A stretch of 64,000 bases of DNA, from NCBI RefSeq assembly GCF_009914755.1, contig NC_060930.1, one strand, 5' to 3'. The notes under the pieces were generated by a model that searched no databases, was not told where the DNA came from, and saw only the letters and a program-made list of their open reading frames with translations. This DNA comes from the human T2T-CHM13v2.0 reference genome, Homo sapiens. The stretch's first letter is position 1, and every line of letters begins with the position of its first letter. The position numbers and the translations under genes are program-made. Positions 1 through 13,303 of the stretch are shown here, in pieces.

Positions 1-128
1 GGAGAATCGCTTGAACCCGGGAGGCGGAGGTTGCAGTGAGCGGAGATCAGCCACTGTACTCCAGCCTGGGTGACAGCAAGACTCCGTCTCAAAAAAAAAT
101 AAAATAAAATAAAATAATAATAAATAAA
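1..128 (+). mobile_element. Alu right arm and A-rich tail (cut by window edge)
   Basis: GGAGAATCGCTTGAACCCGGGAGGCGGAGGTTGCAGTGAG...GACTCCGTCTC followed by A/(TAAAA)n tail. Confidence 0.95.
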
Positions 129-200
129 CTATTTTATTTCAATGCAACTTATCACATAACAATTTTTAAAATATATTTTTAAAATAAAGAAGAAATATAT

Positions 201-376
201 TTATTTTATTTTAATTTAAATTTTTTAGAGCAGGGTCTCACTCTGTAGCCCAGGTTGTAGTCCAATTGCGCGATCATGGCTCACTGCATCCTGAATCTCC
301 TGAGTTCAACCAATCCTCCTACCTTCTAGCCTCCTGAGTAGCTAGGACTGTAGGTACACACCACCTCTCCTGGCTT
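201..376 (-). mobile_element. Old Alu right monomer (AluJ/FRAM-like)
   Basis: T-rich tail then AGGGTCTCACTCTGTAGCCCAGG...GTAGCTAGGACT; diverged. Confidence 0.85.
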
Positions 377-1365
377 AAAGAGGAAATGTTAATGTTCAAT
401 GTATACACACAATTTTAGGACAATTGTTTAAAGAGGCCAGCTTTGATAATTTCTAAGCCACTTCTATTGGTATTAGAAAATGCCAGATAAGCAATGTATT
501 TTTATTAAAATGTATCCTTTGATAAAGGTTAAGTGAGCATTCATGCATAGATCAAGTTAAACATTGTAACTTTCTATGTGTAGGTTAAAAACATAACTGT
601 TTAAGTCACTATCTGTATTTTTGCTCATGCAAAAATATATTTCACATTACTTACAGATCAAAAGTTATATCTTCAATTGTTTTAGAAGGAGACAAAGAAA
701 ACAAACATAATGCATGTATGTATTTGTGTCAAGGTCTTATTTGATGATATATCTGTTTGGGACCTAGGTCTGAAATTTGTAAATAACTTTTTAAAAGTTC
801 ATCCTTAACTGACTATTATCTTTCATTTCTATTTCAGAGAATTCTATGTTTAACTTCTAGTATCTAGTTAGCTAGTTAATCCTAAATATTAGCAGTAAAG
901 GATGAGCAAAAAAAAAGTAGTACTTAACATCTGACTTTAAGATTCTAAAATATAAAGTCATGATTGAGAAAAGTTAAACTCCAAATGATCTATTTTAGGT
1001 TCAATATGGTTTTTAAAACAAGAATATTTCAGACTGATTAAATTTAATAAATCCCATGGTATTAGTTCCTATATAATAAAAAAATAATTTTTAAAACTAT
1101 TGCCTTAAAGTAAAACATATATTCTATAGAATAATGGTGTAAATACATATCAAAGCAACATAAGGCACTAGGGAAGCAAATAAAAGATTAATCACGTTAT
1201 TAAGATGGGAAAAGGAGAACAGGAGAAGTAATTTTCTTACAACAGTAAAGGGCAGATTTGGAGAGAGAAAGAGAACCAGACAAAAAAGAATGAATTTTAT
1301 GAGTTCCTGGAATAAGTTCAAAATGCAAGAATTGATGCCATTTTTAAAGGTACATAGCTGCCTTA

Positions 1366-1563
<198 letters not shown>

Positions 1564-2095
1564 TTACCTATTAACAAGTTTTCACAAATCCTGAGACACA
1601 ATTTCTGACTCTATTTCTGAAGTTACTACTAGTGAAATAGTAAGCTGTTAAAAAACATAAATTGAATATTTATGAAAAAGATTTTATAAATTGTAATTGT
1701 GGAAGAATAGGGTGAAGAAATGAACTTGATTTATAAATATGCTTAATTAGGTTATTTTAAAAAGAAGGGCAAGTGTGCACATAAAGATTCAAACATACCA
1801 AATAACTTTTCAATCAAGAAGAGCAAGTGGGTAAAGTATAGGGAAATAAGAGCTCAGACTGGGAACCAAAAGAAACACAGGGTGGTTTTGAGCAAGAGTG
1901 TCCTTAGTAAAGTACTGCATAGTTACTGAAGAGATTGAGGAGGTTATATCTCTGCCCTAAATGCTCTGATCTTCAGTTTATGCATCCTGGCCCTATCCTC
2001 CTATTTTTACAACAATCTGACCCATTCTCCTTAACTCCTATAATCACTTGATATCTTTGAAACATGTCCAGTACAGTCTGCTACTTCTTACCTGA

Positions 2096-2462
<367 letters not shown>

Positions 2463-3910
2463 GTTTAGTTTATTTCTAATTAACTTGAATATTTATGAAG
2501 CATATACTTTAATCATGTGGAGATTTTAATTCTATGTAATTTGATATCATTATTGAACATCTTTGTGATTCATGTCAGTTATATGAATTTAAACAAAACC
2601 AATCTTATGAAACACAATTTATTAGATAGTCTACAAACTGCTACACTCATCATATTCAGAGAAACGTGGGAATATGTCAGTTATTTGGCCTTGGGTGAAT
2701 TTAAGCTTCTGTTTCTTATTGGTAAATTGGGAGTAATAAAGGTACTTTTCAGAGTAGCTGTATAAAATTGGGAACCAGGTCTTTTTGCTTACCACTGTAC
2801 ATCAGCACCTAGTATAGCATTTGGCACACAGTAAACAATCAATAAATATTAGTAAATTGAATAAAACTATGATTACATAAAATGAAATCATGATATATAA
2901 AGAACTTACCACAGTACCTGGTACATTACAAATTCTTAAAAATTTATAGCTATTATTACTATTATTTCACTGGAGCTAATTATAAAGTTATAGCATTTTA
3001 GATGTAAAGAGAAATCTAAAGTATATTCCATCTATTCCTCTTATTTTATAAATTAGTTAACTGAAAAATCAGAGAACTGAAATAATTTGCCTAAAGTGAT
3101 TTACTTGGTTAATATCAAAGAACCAGAAACCCACATATGTTAATTCCTAGTACAGTGCTCTTTTCACCATACCACATTGCAGAATATATTTTAAAATATA
3201 CTTCTAAGATATTTTATTTAATTTCCTGTTCACCTATATTATTCAGCTCTTGAAAAATTGTCTTAAAAGCAAATACATTTGGGAGGTAGGTGAAAATCAT
3301 TTTTGCACATTCAATACATTTGTCTTTGGAAGATTTTCCATGTCAAATAGCAGTGGATCAATATGTGATGCTCTTTTGGAGGAAGCAATCCGATACTACT
3401 GGGTTAACTTAGCCCTGATTTAAGGTAAAAAAGATAAATACTGCAGATAACTATAACTTTGTTTTTTAAATTAAATTAAGGCCAAATTTTCAAAGTCCTG
3501 GTACTTCTAATGTGTATTTAACAGACAGTTTTATTTACTGCATTACCACAAATAGAGGTATTTTTACATATCGTTGATAATATATACTTTTATGAATGTG
3601 ATCTTTACATAGGTAAAGTCCAGTTGGCCTGCCTATACTTACAAATATTTTTAATGATATGTTTTATAAGGAGAGTAATATTGTCATTTAGCTTAGTTAG
3701 CTTAGTCATTTAGCTTAGCTTAGTTATGACCTGAATAATAATTTATAAAATGCTTTCCAGATTTCATCAAAAGTGCTTAAACACAGAGAGTTGTTATTTG
3801 GTTTCAAAATTCTGAAGGGATTTCAAGTGGCATAACTTTTCACTTATTTTTGATAGCTCATCTATGTTAAACTAAATATATGTCTTGAACATTAAAAAAA
3901 AAAAAAAGTG

Positions 3911-4244
<334 letters not shown>

Positions 4245-5669
4245 TCATAACTTTTATTCCCTAAGTTCTTCTCTCAAAGCTATTATTTATATTATTTAAT
4301 AATATACATATACATGAACATTTAGATATGTAGTAGTTTGAGAAGTTTTTAAAATATGTTTTGAGACATTTGATATTTATGCTTTATTACAAACGTACAT
4401 TTATAGCATTAATTCATAAATACTTCCATATAAAAGAGTAGATTTTAACAGTAAAAGAATTCTCTCAAAGAAAAAAAGTTTTGTCACTTATGTAGTTTAT
4501 CACTAAATTAATATTCTCTTGCTTTTTTTAACCTACTTTATCTCCTGCTTCAGAAAAATGAAGCAGTTGGATGTTTTCTGTACGATAATTAAGTCACAAC
4601 TGCAGGATTAATATCAGTAAGACAACTACAATTCTATCAGTGATGTCTGTTTTTCAAAAATTAAATCTTCACCCCACTATACAAATTATTATCTAGGCAT
4701 TACCTGAATAGAAACTTCTGTATGAAATACGCAGATTTCTCCTGAACACACAAAGATACTCTCCATGTGTCCTGTCTTCATCCCTTCATTTAATTTCCCA
4801 AGGCCCATCCTCTTGTAGCCTACCTAAATGCAGAACCTTTGCATCTTTTCCTGCTTTCTTGAAACTATTCTAAAATCTGTTTCCAGTGAACCTTCTTCAA
4901 ATATTACTTATATAATTTCCTTGTTAAATATGACATTCTATTTTTTCAAATCTAAATCTCTTTCTGAATTTCAAAACCTTTTACAGTAATTTGATTACCC
5001 CTTAAACAATCTTAATTCCACTATATTCCAATATTAACACTCAGCTTTAGTCAGGCAAGTGAATTTCCTTATTATCTAAAAACACCCCATTCTCTTACCG
5101 AACTTGATATCTACATTCACCTGTTCCCTTCTTAGAATAGTATATTCTTCCCTTTCTAACTATCAAAGGTTGGATTTAAGTTTCAACTTTGCTAGAAAAG
5201 TTTTCTTAACTATTCCAGCCTTCTCTAAATAATATTCTCCTCAGAATGAATAAATAAGGCACCTATAATACCACACATTTTGATTATATTTTGCTTAATA
5301 ATTGCCTTTATTTCATGGGTACTTTCAAGTATATAGTACAGACCATATAAGATACACTTACCTATCTTCAGCATTCTTTTACAATCAATAGCTGCCGTTT
5401 ACTAAGTACCTACTATGTGCCAGGCACTATGCTAAGATTTTTAAATAAAAGAGGGCATAGTTAGGGATAAGAACATCAGTAAGGGCCCAATATTAAGAGT
5501 CCAAAGGATAAAAGTAGCTTATGAATAAAGTTAAAGATGCAGAGATCAGTTAGTTGGAAGAACAAGAAACATGGTGTGATAGCTTACTGCCTAGCTGTTA
5601 GGACGATTACAGGGATATTGGCTAGAACTCTCTACTGCAGAACTATTTCCTCTATTGACTTGTTAATTC

Positions 5670-5994
5670 TTGTTTGTTTGTTTTTTTTCTGAGACAGGGT
5701 CTCACTCTGTTGCCCAGGCTAGAGTGTAGTGGTGTGATCATAGTACATTGCAGAATTGAACTCCTGAGCTCAAGTGATCCTCCCACCTCAGCCTCCCAAG
5801 TAGCTGGGTGCATGCCAAGTAGCTGGGACTACAGGCATGCACCACCATTCCAGCTAATTTTAAAATTTTTTCTAGAAATGGAGTCTCACTATGTTGCCCA
5901 GGCTGGTCTCAAACTCCTGAGCTCAAGCAATCCTCCCACCCACCTCGGCCTCCCAAAGTGTTGGGATCACAGGCCTGAGCCACCACTTCTGGCC
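5670..5994 (-). mobile_element. AluJ with small internal duplication (CCAAGTAGCTGGG x2)
   Basis: AluJ-type CTCAAGTGATCCTCCCACCTCAGC; both arms present. Confidence 0.9.
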
Positions 5995-6175
5995 AACTTG
6001 TTGATTCCTTAAATTTTCTTTAGATTCCTGATTAAAAGTAAACATCCTTAGGTGATCAGACATTTATGCTTTATACAATTAAGATGTTTCTTAGGGTAGT
6101 TTCTAAGACCAGAATCTGTGGATAACATGGTCCTGTTGATAGCAGAAAAGCTGAGGAAGCAACTTAGGTGGAGAA

Positions 6176-6211
<36 letters not shown>

Positions 6212-6321
6212 GGACACTGGAAATAATAAAAACCATTTTAATTTACAAGTTTTCCTGGCATGAGCCCTAGAGAACCAAATTAATCAATTATAGCCACAAT
6301 GTCTCAAATAGGAAAGATCAC

Positions 6322-6447
6322 CAAGGCATGGTAGCTCACACCTATTGTTTCAATACTTTGGGAAGCTCAGGCAGGAGGACTGCGTGAGGTCAGGAGTTCA
6401 AGACCAGACTGAGCAACATAGTGGGACTTTGTCTCTAAAAAAATTAA
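6322..6447 (+). mobile_element. Alu left monomer (FLAM-like)
   Basis: GGCATGGTAGCTCACACCT...GAGGTCAGGAGTTCAAGACCAG plus A-rich end. Confidence 0.8.
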
Positions 6448-7270
6448 AATAATTTTAAAAAGATCATTAACGGACTTACATTCAGAAGTTATAGCTGAAG
6501 TGCCTTTGTACCACCAAAAGGCATTGATTTATTCCATCCTGGTACTAAAAGATACCACAAAGTTGCTAGGCATTCAACAGAAAAGAAAGAGGGAACCAAA
6601 GGGAGAACAAACACTTCTCACCTCCCTTAGACAAGGAAGATGGCATAGCCCTGTGTCTAAGAACAGGGACTCAGAGGCCAGCTCTGGGGCCTGCATGCAG
6701 TTCCCACCACTATCTTAAGCTACTTTGTAACCCATCTGTGCCTTTCTTTCCTCAATCAATTATTATTATTATAAGAGTTAATCCATGTAAAAAGTCTCAT
6801 TCAGAATGCTACCAAATGTCAAGTACTATTATTACTTTTATTTTCATTAGCTCACTTACAGAGGTAAGTCAAATGAACTACTTAAAGTCATAATGATAAA
6901 AGAAATGAATTAACAGACTTTTTTTCTTGCCTACTTGGATTCCTCTTAGTGGATAATTAAACACAACAGATAGAATTTAAGGGTTTGCTTAAAGAAATTC
7001 AGATGCTATCACATATTCAACATTTATCATTACTTAGAATGGAGGTACTAAGAAATTAGATAGAAATAATAGGAAAACTTAGTATCTAAATGGCATCAGA
7101 ATAAAATTAACCCACTATGTAAAAATCAAAGGGATATAAATTAGGTGATATTCACTAGAAAAGCTAATGAATGCTACCTATTATCATGAGAATTGTCAGT
7201 ATATTTTAAACTGTTTTATGGGACAGAAAAAAGAAAAAATTTGCTATAGTGGAAAAACATGATAACTTAC

Positions 7271-7346
7271 CTTGATGACATCTTCTGGCCATGCATTGAG
7301 AACTGAAGCAATATGCCCTCGATCGTGGATAGTAATAAAGAGACCT
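7271..7346 (-). CDS. ME1: Malic enzyme 1 coding exon (exon 4, 76 nt, phase 2-0)
   Basis: Minus strand T17-CTGCAG|A GGT CTC TTT...GTC ATC AAG|GTAAGT translates to (R)GLFITIHDRGHIASVLNAWPEDVIK and joins in frame to the exons at 53573 and 1545. Confidence 0.98.
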
Positions 7347-7352
7347 CTGCAG

Positions 7353-7369
7353 AAAAAAAAAAAAAAAAA
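7353..7369 (-). repeat. T17 mononucleotide run forming the exon 4 polypyrimidine tract
   Basis: 17 consecutive A on + strand, ending 6 nt before the exon start on the minus strand. Confidence 0.95.
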
Positions 7370-8029
7370 GGAGTAGTTTACATTTACTTCAGGCCTGTCA
7401 AACTACCATGAATATCTTAAATTTTTTTTCAAACAACAATTTAATTTATCTCAATTTTTATCAAACTGGTGGACATTATTTCCTTAAACAAATAAGGGGC
7501 AGGAATTCTTATAAGTAAGGGAGAAATTACTTGAAATAATATATTGACATCTACAATAAAGGGAGATTTGTTCTCTTAGATATTTTAAAATATTTTTAAA
7601 TTAATAAACATTTACTATTTTTATGTACAGAGAATTTAGATACCATTATCAGTTCCACTCACAAATTCATTTAGAATCTGTCATGATATAATATATATAA
7701 AAGCACTTTGAAAAGCAACATGAAGCATCTGTAAACAGGTATTTCCAACGTATATGCCACCTAATCCATTTTCAACATGAAGATGAGAACATGTGTTAGA
7801 GATGGCTGAAGTGACTGACTAATGCTGAGTAGTTCTTTCATGTGGAGCTCACTTGATTTCTTTGATTTGTGATCTTAGTTGCCGTTTGCAACTCTGTTAT
7901 TTACTCTAAAGTCTTTAACACTGCTTGCCCCTCCCATTTCCTACAAAATCTTAACAAGTAACTTCACAAATTAAAATAATAGAATTTAAAATATGTAAAT
8001 GCCTTATCCTCATTTAAAAGTTTTGCTCT

Positions 8030-9060
8030 AGTATTGTTAAATGTGACTCACATACAGAGAACCACATATAGCTTAATGAATTGTTATAAGACAACCACAT
8101 TTCTACATAATATTCATTTAAACAGAATCTTGCCAGCTACCCAAAACCCATCCCGGGTTTTCTCCCAAAGACTCTTCCCTTCTAAGTGTAACCACTATCC
8201 TCACTTTTATGGTATCACATCCTTTATAGTTAATTTATTATTTTATCACCAAATCATAAACCTTCCATAGGCACTATTGTTTAATTTGTCTGGTAGAGTT
8301 TCCCTCAATATAGATTTGGCTAATTACATCCCTATGATATAGGTTAACATGTTAATCTTTCTTCTGTATTCTTGGAAAATTGGTAATTGAAAATTGAATC
8401 TAGAAGCATAATCAGATTTATGTTCAATTTTTTTGGACAAGACATTTCATGGGTTGATGTTATCAGAAGGCACACCATATTTGGTATTCCTTTTTGTGAT
8501 GTTAGTAGCTTATTTTGCTAAATGTCTAAATTCATGAATTCATCTGGCATTACAAAATGGTGATATTCCAATTGTATCATTCATTATGTATTTACTGGAA
8601 CACCCCTTTAAAGAGAAATTTCACCACATCTACTATTTGGGTATCCAAGGATACGGTTGATATAGAAAAAGGAAAAATGCTTGATTCTCTTTATCAGTTT
8701 TTAAATTAAAAAGCTGGTTAACTACATTTCTTCAGAGGTTTCCACTTAGTTGTTGTTGTTGTTGTGTGTGTGTGTGTGTGGTTTTGTTTTTGGTTTTCTT
8801 TTTTTGATCAATTTGAACTCATGGATTTAAACATATTTGATGTGTTTCAATCCATTATAGTTATTTTCCTTATTGATATTCATATTATCTCATCTTGAGC
8901 AAGTGAAAGACTCTTCATGCTGTCCCCTGAGTCCTTTTGACATGTCTATAGTAGTTTTGGATAGATTCCTTGCTCTGTTATGATCAAATGTTCCAGGTCT
9001 ATTTTGAAAATGTTCTGCCCAGACCTAAAATGAGCCATTTTTCTAATCTGTTTCCTTGAG
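8030..9060. mobile_element. Ancient L1M (L1MC/MD-like) 3' UTR fragments
   Basis: Degenerate motifs such as GTCCCCTGAGTCCTTTTGACATG and ATGTTCCAGGTCTATTTTG, also seen at 12690-12720 and 19660-19780. Confidence 0.55.
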
Positions 9061-9339
9061 CAGAAAGTGGTCAGGCAAAGGTCAGCTCTCAACTCTCATC
9101 TCATTTGACCTCTTGACTGTTTGACATTGTTGGTTTTCCCTTTTGTGAAACACTTTCTTTTCTAGCTGCTGAGATACCACATTTGCCTACGTTTCCTCCT
9201 AATCACTACCTGCTTCTTCTCAGGTTCCTTTGCTGCCTCCTCCTCCTCTCTGTCTTCTTAATGTTGAACTGTTTCAGGGCTCTATACTCCTCTCTTCTCC
9301 AGCTACACTCACTGATGTAACTTAAGCACTCTCATGGTT

Positions 9340-9638
9340 GGTTGTTTATTTTTGAAAGTGTCTCGCTCTGTCACCCAGGTTGGAGGGCATTGGCATAATC
9401 TTGGCTCACTGCATCCCCTGCCTCCTGGGTTCAAGCGATTCTCCTGCCTCAGCCTCTCAGGTGGCTAGGATTACAGGCGCCTGCCACCACGCCTAGCTAA
9501 TTTTTGTATTTTTAGTAGACATGAGATGGGGTTTCACCACGTTGGCCAGGCTGGTCTTGAACTCCTGACCTCAAGTGATCCGCCTGCCTCAGCTTCCCAA
9601 AGTGTTGGGATTATAGGCGTGAGCTACGGCACTTGGCC
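9340..9638 (-). mobile_element. Full-length AluS inserted in an L2 remnant
   Basis: Dimeric Alu; TSD TCTCATGGTT/TCTCGTGGTT; L2-like flanks at ~9070-9330 and ~9640-10030. Confidence 0.92.
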
Positions 9639-11979
9639 TCTCGTGGTTTTAAATATCATATTCATAGTAGTGACTCTCAAACTTCTATCATCACTCTAGA
9701 CCTCTCCTTGAGCTCCAAACTATAAATCTAACTACCTACTTAATTCTTTCTCATTATTCAATCTTCAGCTAAAATCTTGGCTCCTCAGACAGGCCTTCTC
9801 TGATAACAGTAGTCAGTGCACCTCCACCCCAACATTTTTATCACCTTCACAATACTTAAAAACATCTAGAATTATTTATTTATGTATTCAAATGTTAACT
9901 GTCTGTGTCTTCCCTGGCATCATCACCCAGCGTACATGTACACACAAAGCAGCAAGGTGCTTAAGTACAAAGAATCTCTATTTTGCTTACATTTGTAATC
10001 CTGATGCCTATAAGTGTGCTAGCAAGTAGTATGTATCCAACAATATGTGCTGACTTCAGTGCTGAAAAATAAGGCTTTTATAATCAAATATTATAAAGCA
10101 CAGAAAACATGAAATAAATCCAGCCTAATATTGACTCATTAAGTAACCCAAAATTACGTCAGTGCTATAGGAAGATTACTGATGACTGTCTGACTCAACA
10201 AGAATATTAACTTACTAAGCTGACACTACATTATATCCTTTCATGGTTTTCTTGCTGTTTCATATGAATGTATTTTGTTTCTCAAAATTGATTATAAGTT
10301 CTTTATAAGGTATATATTTCTTTTGGATCCCTGTCATAGTCCAATGTGAGCCTATAAAATCAGCAGGATCTCAATAAATAATTATAAAATTAAAATATTT
10401 TTGAACTTTTTAAAGAAGGCACTTTTGTTGAATTACTAAGACATTCTTGGCAATATACTATTTTTTATTTGTATAAATTTAGGGGGTACCAGTGCAATTT
10501 TGTTACATGCATAGCTTGCACAGTGGTCAAGTCAAGGCTTTGGGGTATCCAGTAATATTTCTCAGGAACTTGTTAGTTAGCCAAGGTTTTCCAAATAACA
10601 CTGGTTTCAGGAAACACCATTTTTTTAAATAAGAGAGACAATGAATTACACCAAAATTAACACCAATTAAATGCCAATGTTTATTATATCTGAGTTCAGC
10701 TTCAGAATAAGAGTCATTTGGCCACCTGTAATCTCTTGCACTGAGTAGAGATTCATTCATAGAAAGAATTATTACTTTTGAAGAGAGTTCAACAAATAAA
10801 GGACCGGTAACGTCCCACCAAAACCAAGCATTTCGGGAGGGCTATTTGAGTTATTTGCAATACTTCCTGAAATGTTTCATAATTAGAAACCGAATGAGAT
10901 ATCCAAAAGTGTTTTGGCACAGAAATGACTCATACTTTCTGGTACACAGTTGGATATAAAAACATTAATTTTCAACATATACATATATACAGTTATAAAA
11001 TAAAAAAGTTTAAATAAGAAAGGTATTTATCAATATTTTTTAATGAATGGAATTATAATGAATACCTTTTCACCATCCCTGTTATTCTTGATCAATTTAA
11101 AATGTTTAATTTTAGACATGCCAACTAAGAATACTCCTATTTTTGTTCTTGTTTCATGTTAGAATTGAGACAATTTTAAAATATGGATGCTTTTTCATAT
11201 ATATAGTTCAAACTTTTCTCATAACCTCTTCCTTCAAAACAGATTTGGGAGATGAGATAATATTCTTACTTCTTCATGTTATCTCAGATAATATCCCTAA
11301 AAGTTTATTTCGTATCAAGATAAAATTCACCTTTTTATAACATGCAACTTTCTACTGTAATCAAACTTGTATTTCATTTTGGAGATAAGTTTATGACCCT
11401 GATCCTGGATCAGTACAGGTAGTAGCCATTCTGAAATTTTCTTAATAACCCTCTGTTCCATTACAGAAGCCAATTTTACTATCTTTTGAAATAAGAAAAG
11501 TAAACCCCACATTTTTCACAAAATGTGAGTATGCATTAGTGAGCCCTGTGAGTTAAGCCAACGCTGAGTTATATACCAAAGATCTGGACTGACAGAAAAA
11601 GAAGTACTAAAAAAAGCTAACTTCAAGTAAAATGTAGGTCTAAAGATCAGGAAATAGCTAGGATAAAGATGCAAATTTAGGATAGATATGCCTAGAGTTG
11701 CAAGAAATAGAAGAATTATTAAAGGGGAAAGAAGAGAAGGCCAAGGAAAAACATTACAAATTAGTACCCACAATAAAAGAATAAGGTGACTAAGAATGGC
11801 CTTTGAGAAGAAAATGATCTAACAGGTAAGACAACCAGTGTTTCTGAAGCCAAAGGAAGTCAAGGGGAAAAAATGTTAAGAAAGCACAGATCAATATGAT
11901 CATTAAGTGCAGTAAATTCTTTGAATTCTTCTTTGAAGTACATTACATAAAATTGTTTTTTTTTCCTGAACTATGATTT

Positions 11980-12723
11980 AAATAGCCAACATGATGCCGC
12001 ATCACTACCAAATGATGTAATGCATTTCCTACAAATAAAAATATTCTCCTACATAATCTTAACCAGAAAATTAATATTGACACATTATTACCATCTAATC
12101 CTCAGACATCATTCACATTTCACCAGTTGTTCCAATATTGTCCTTCATAATAAAGAGTAGTTCAAAATGCTGTGCAATATTTAGTTGTCAGGTCTCTTTG
12201 GTCAATCTCATTTCCTCAGTCTTTCCTTGACTTTCAAGACATTGATACTTATGAACAATTTAGTGTTTTTATAGAATGTCCCTCTATTTGAGTTTGCATA
12301 CTGTTTGCTCATAATTAGACTGAGATTATACATCTTTTGCAGTAATATTACAGAAGTGATGCTGGCTTCTTCTCATTGTTTACTATCAGGTGGCACCATT
12401 GCCGACCGGTCCTATTAGTGATGATGTTCACATTTAACACTTGATTAAAGTGGCGTCCTCCAGGCTTCTTTACTGCAAAGTCATTCTTTCCTACCTTTGT
12501 ATTTAACAAGTATTTTGTGAAAGGATTCTTCAAAACTCTGTAAGTATACTGTTTCTTCATCCAACTTTCAATTTATTCAGATCAGTATGGGCTCATAGTT
12601 TATTATCTTATTCAACAGGTTTTAATCTATTGCAAATATAATGTATCTGATGGCCAAATTGTCCCAGGTTTGCCAGAGGGAGGCCCTTCAAGCTGGCTTC
12701 TATGGCTTTTGAGATATCCCAAT
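11980..12723. mobile_element. Ancient L1M 3' UTR, left part (interrupted by the HERV-L; resumes ~19653-20100)
   Basis: L1MC-like text ...GAGGCCCTTCAAGCTGGCTTCTATGGCTTTTGAGATATCCC | resumes ATCATTTTTCAAGTACATTCTTACTTTTTGG. Confidence 0.6.
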
Positions 12724-13106
12724 TGTGATGGTTAATACTGATTGTCAACTTGATGGGACTGAAGGATATAAAGTATTGATCCTGGGTGTGTCTGTGAGGG
12801 TGTTGCCAAGGAAGGTTAATATTTGAGTCGGTGGGCTGGGAAAGGTGGACCCACCCTTAATCTGGGTGGGCACAATCTAATCAGCTGCCAGTGTGGCTAC
12901 AATATAAGCAGGCAGAAAAATGTGAAAAGAGAGGCTTGCCTAGCCTCCCAGCCTACATCTTTCTCCCATGCTGGATGCTTCCTTCCCTCGAACATCGAAC
13001 TCCAAGTTCTTCAGCTTTGGAACTCGGACTGGCTCTCCTTGCTCCTCAGCCTGCAGATGGCCTATTGTGAGACCTTGTGATCATGTTAGTTAATACTTAA
13101 TAAACT

Positions 13107-13184
<78 letters not shown>

Positions 13185-13259
13185 TTAGTTCTGTCCCTCT
13201 AGAGAACCCTGACTAATTCAGATTTAGTTCTGTCCCTCTAGAGAACCCTGACTAATACA
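12724..13259 (+). mobile_element. 5' LTR, MLT2A1-type
   Basis: Starts TGTGATGGTTAATACTGA, ends GAACCCTGACTAATACA; AATAAA at 13099-13104. Confidence 0.92.
13109..13181. repeat. Compound (CT)n(AT)n microsatellite in the 5' LTR
   Basis: Uninterrupted CT run followed by TA run. Confidence 0.97.
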
Positions 13260-13264
13260 GATTT

Positions 13265-13282
13265 TGGTATAAGGAGTGGTTC
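13265..13282 (+). promoter_or_regulatory. Degenerate tRNA-Leu primer binding site
   Basis: TGGTATAAGGAGTGG just after the LTR, versus TGGTACCAGGAGTGG expected for ERV-L. Confidence 0.8.
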
Positions 13283-13303
13283 TAGTGGAAAAGAATATTA
13301 AGG

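Noticed and set aside
3683-3726. Short (TTAGC)-like tandem repeat resembling telomeric sequence
   Set aside because: Too short and irregular, and not TTAGGG; consistent with local slippage.
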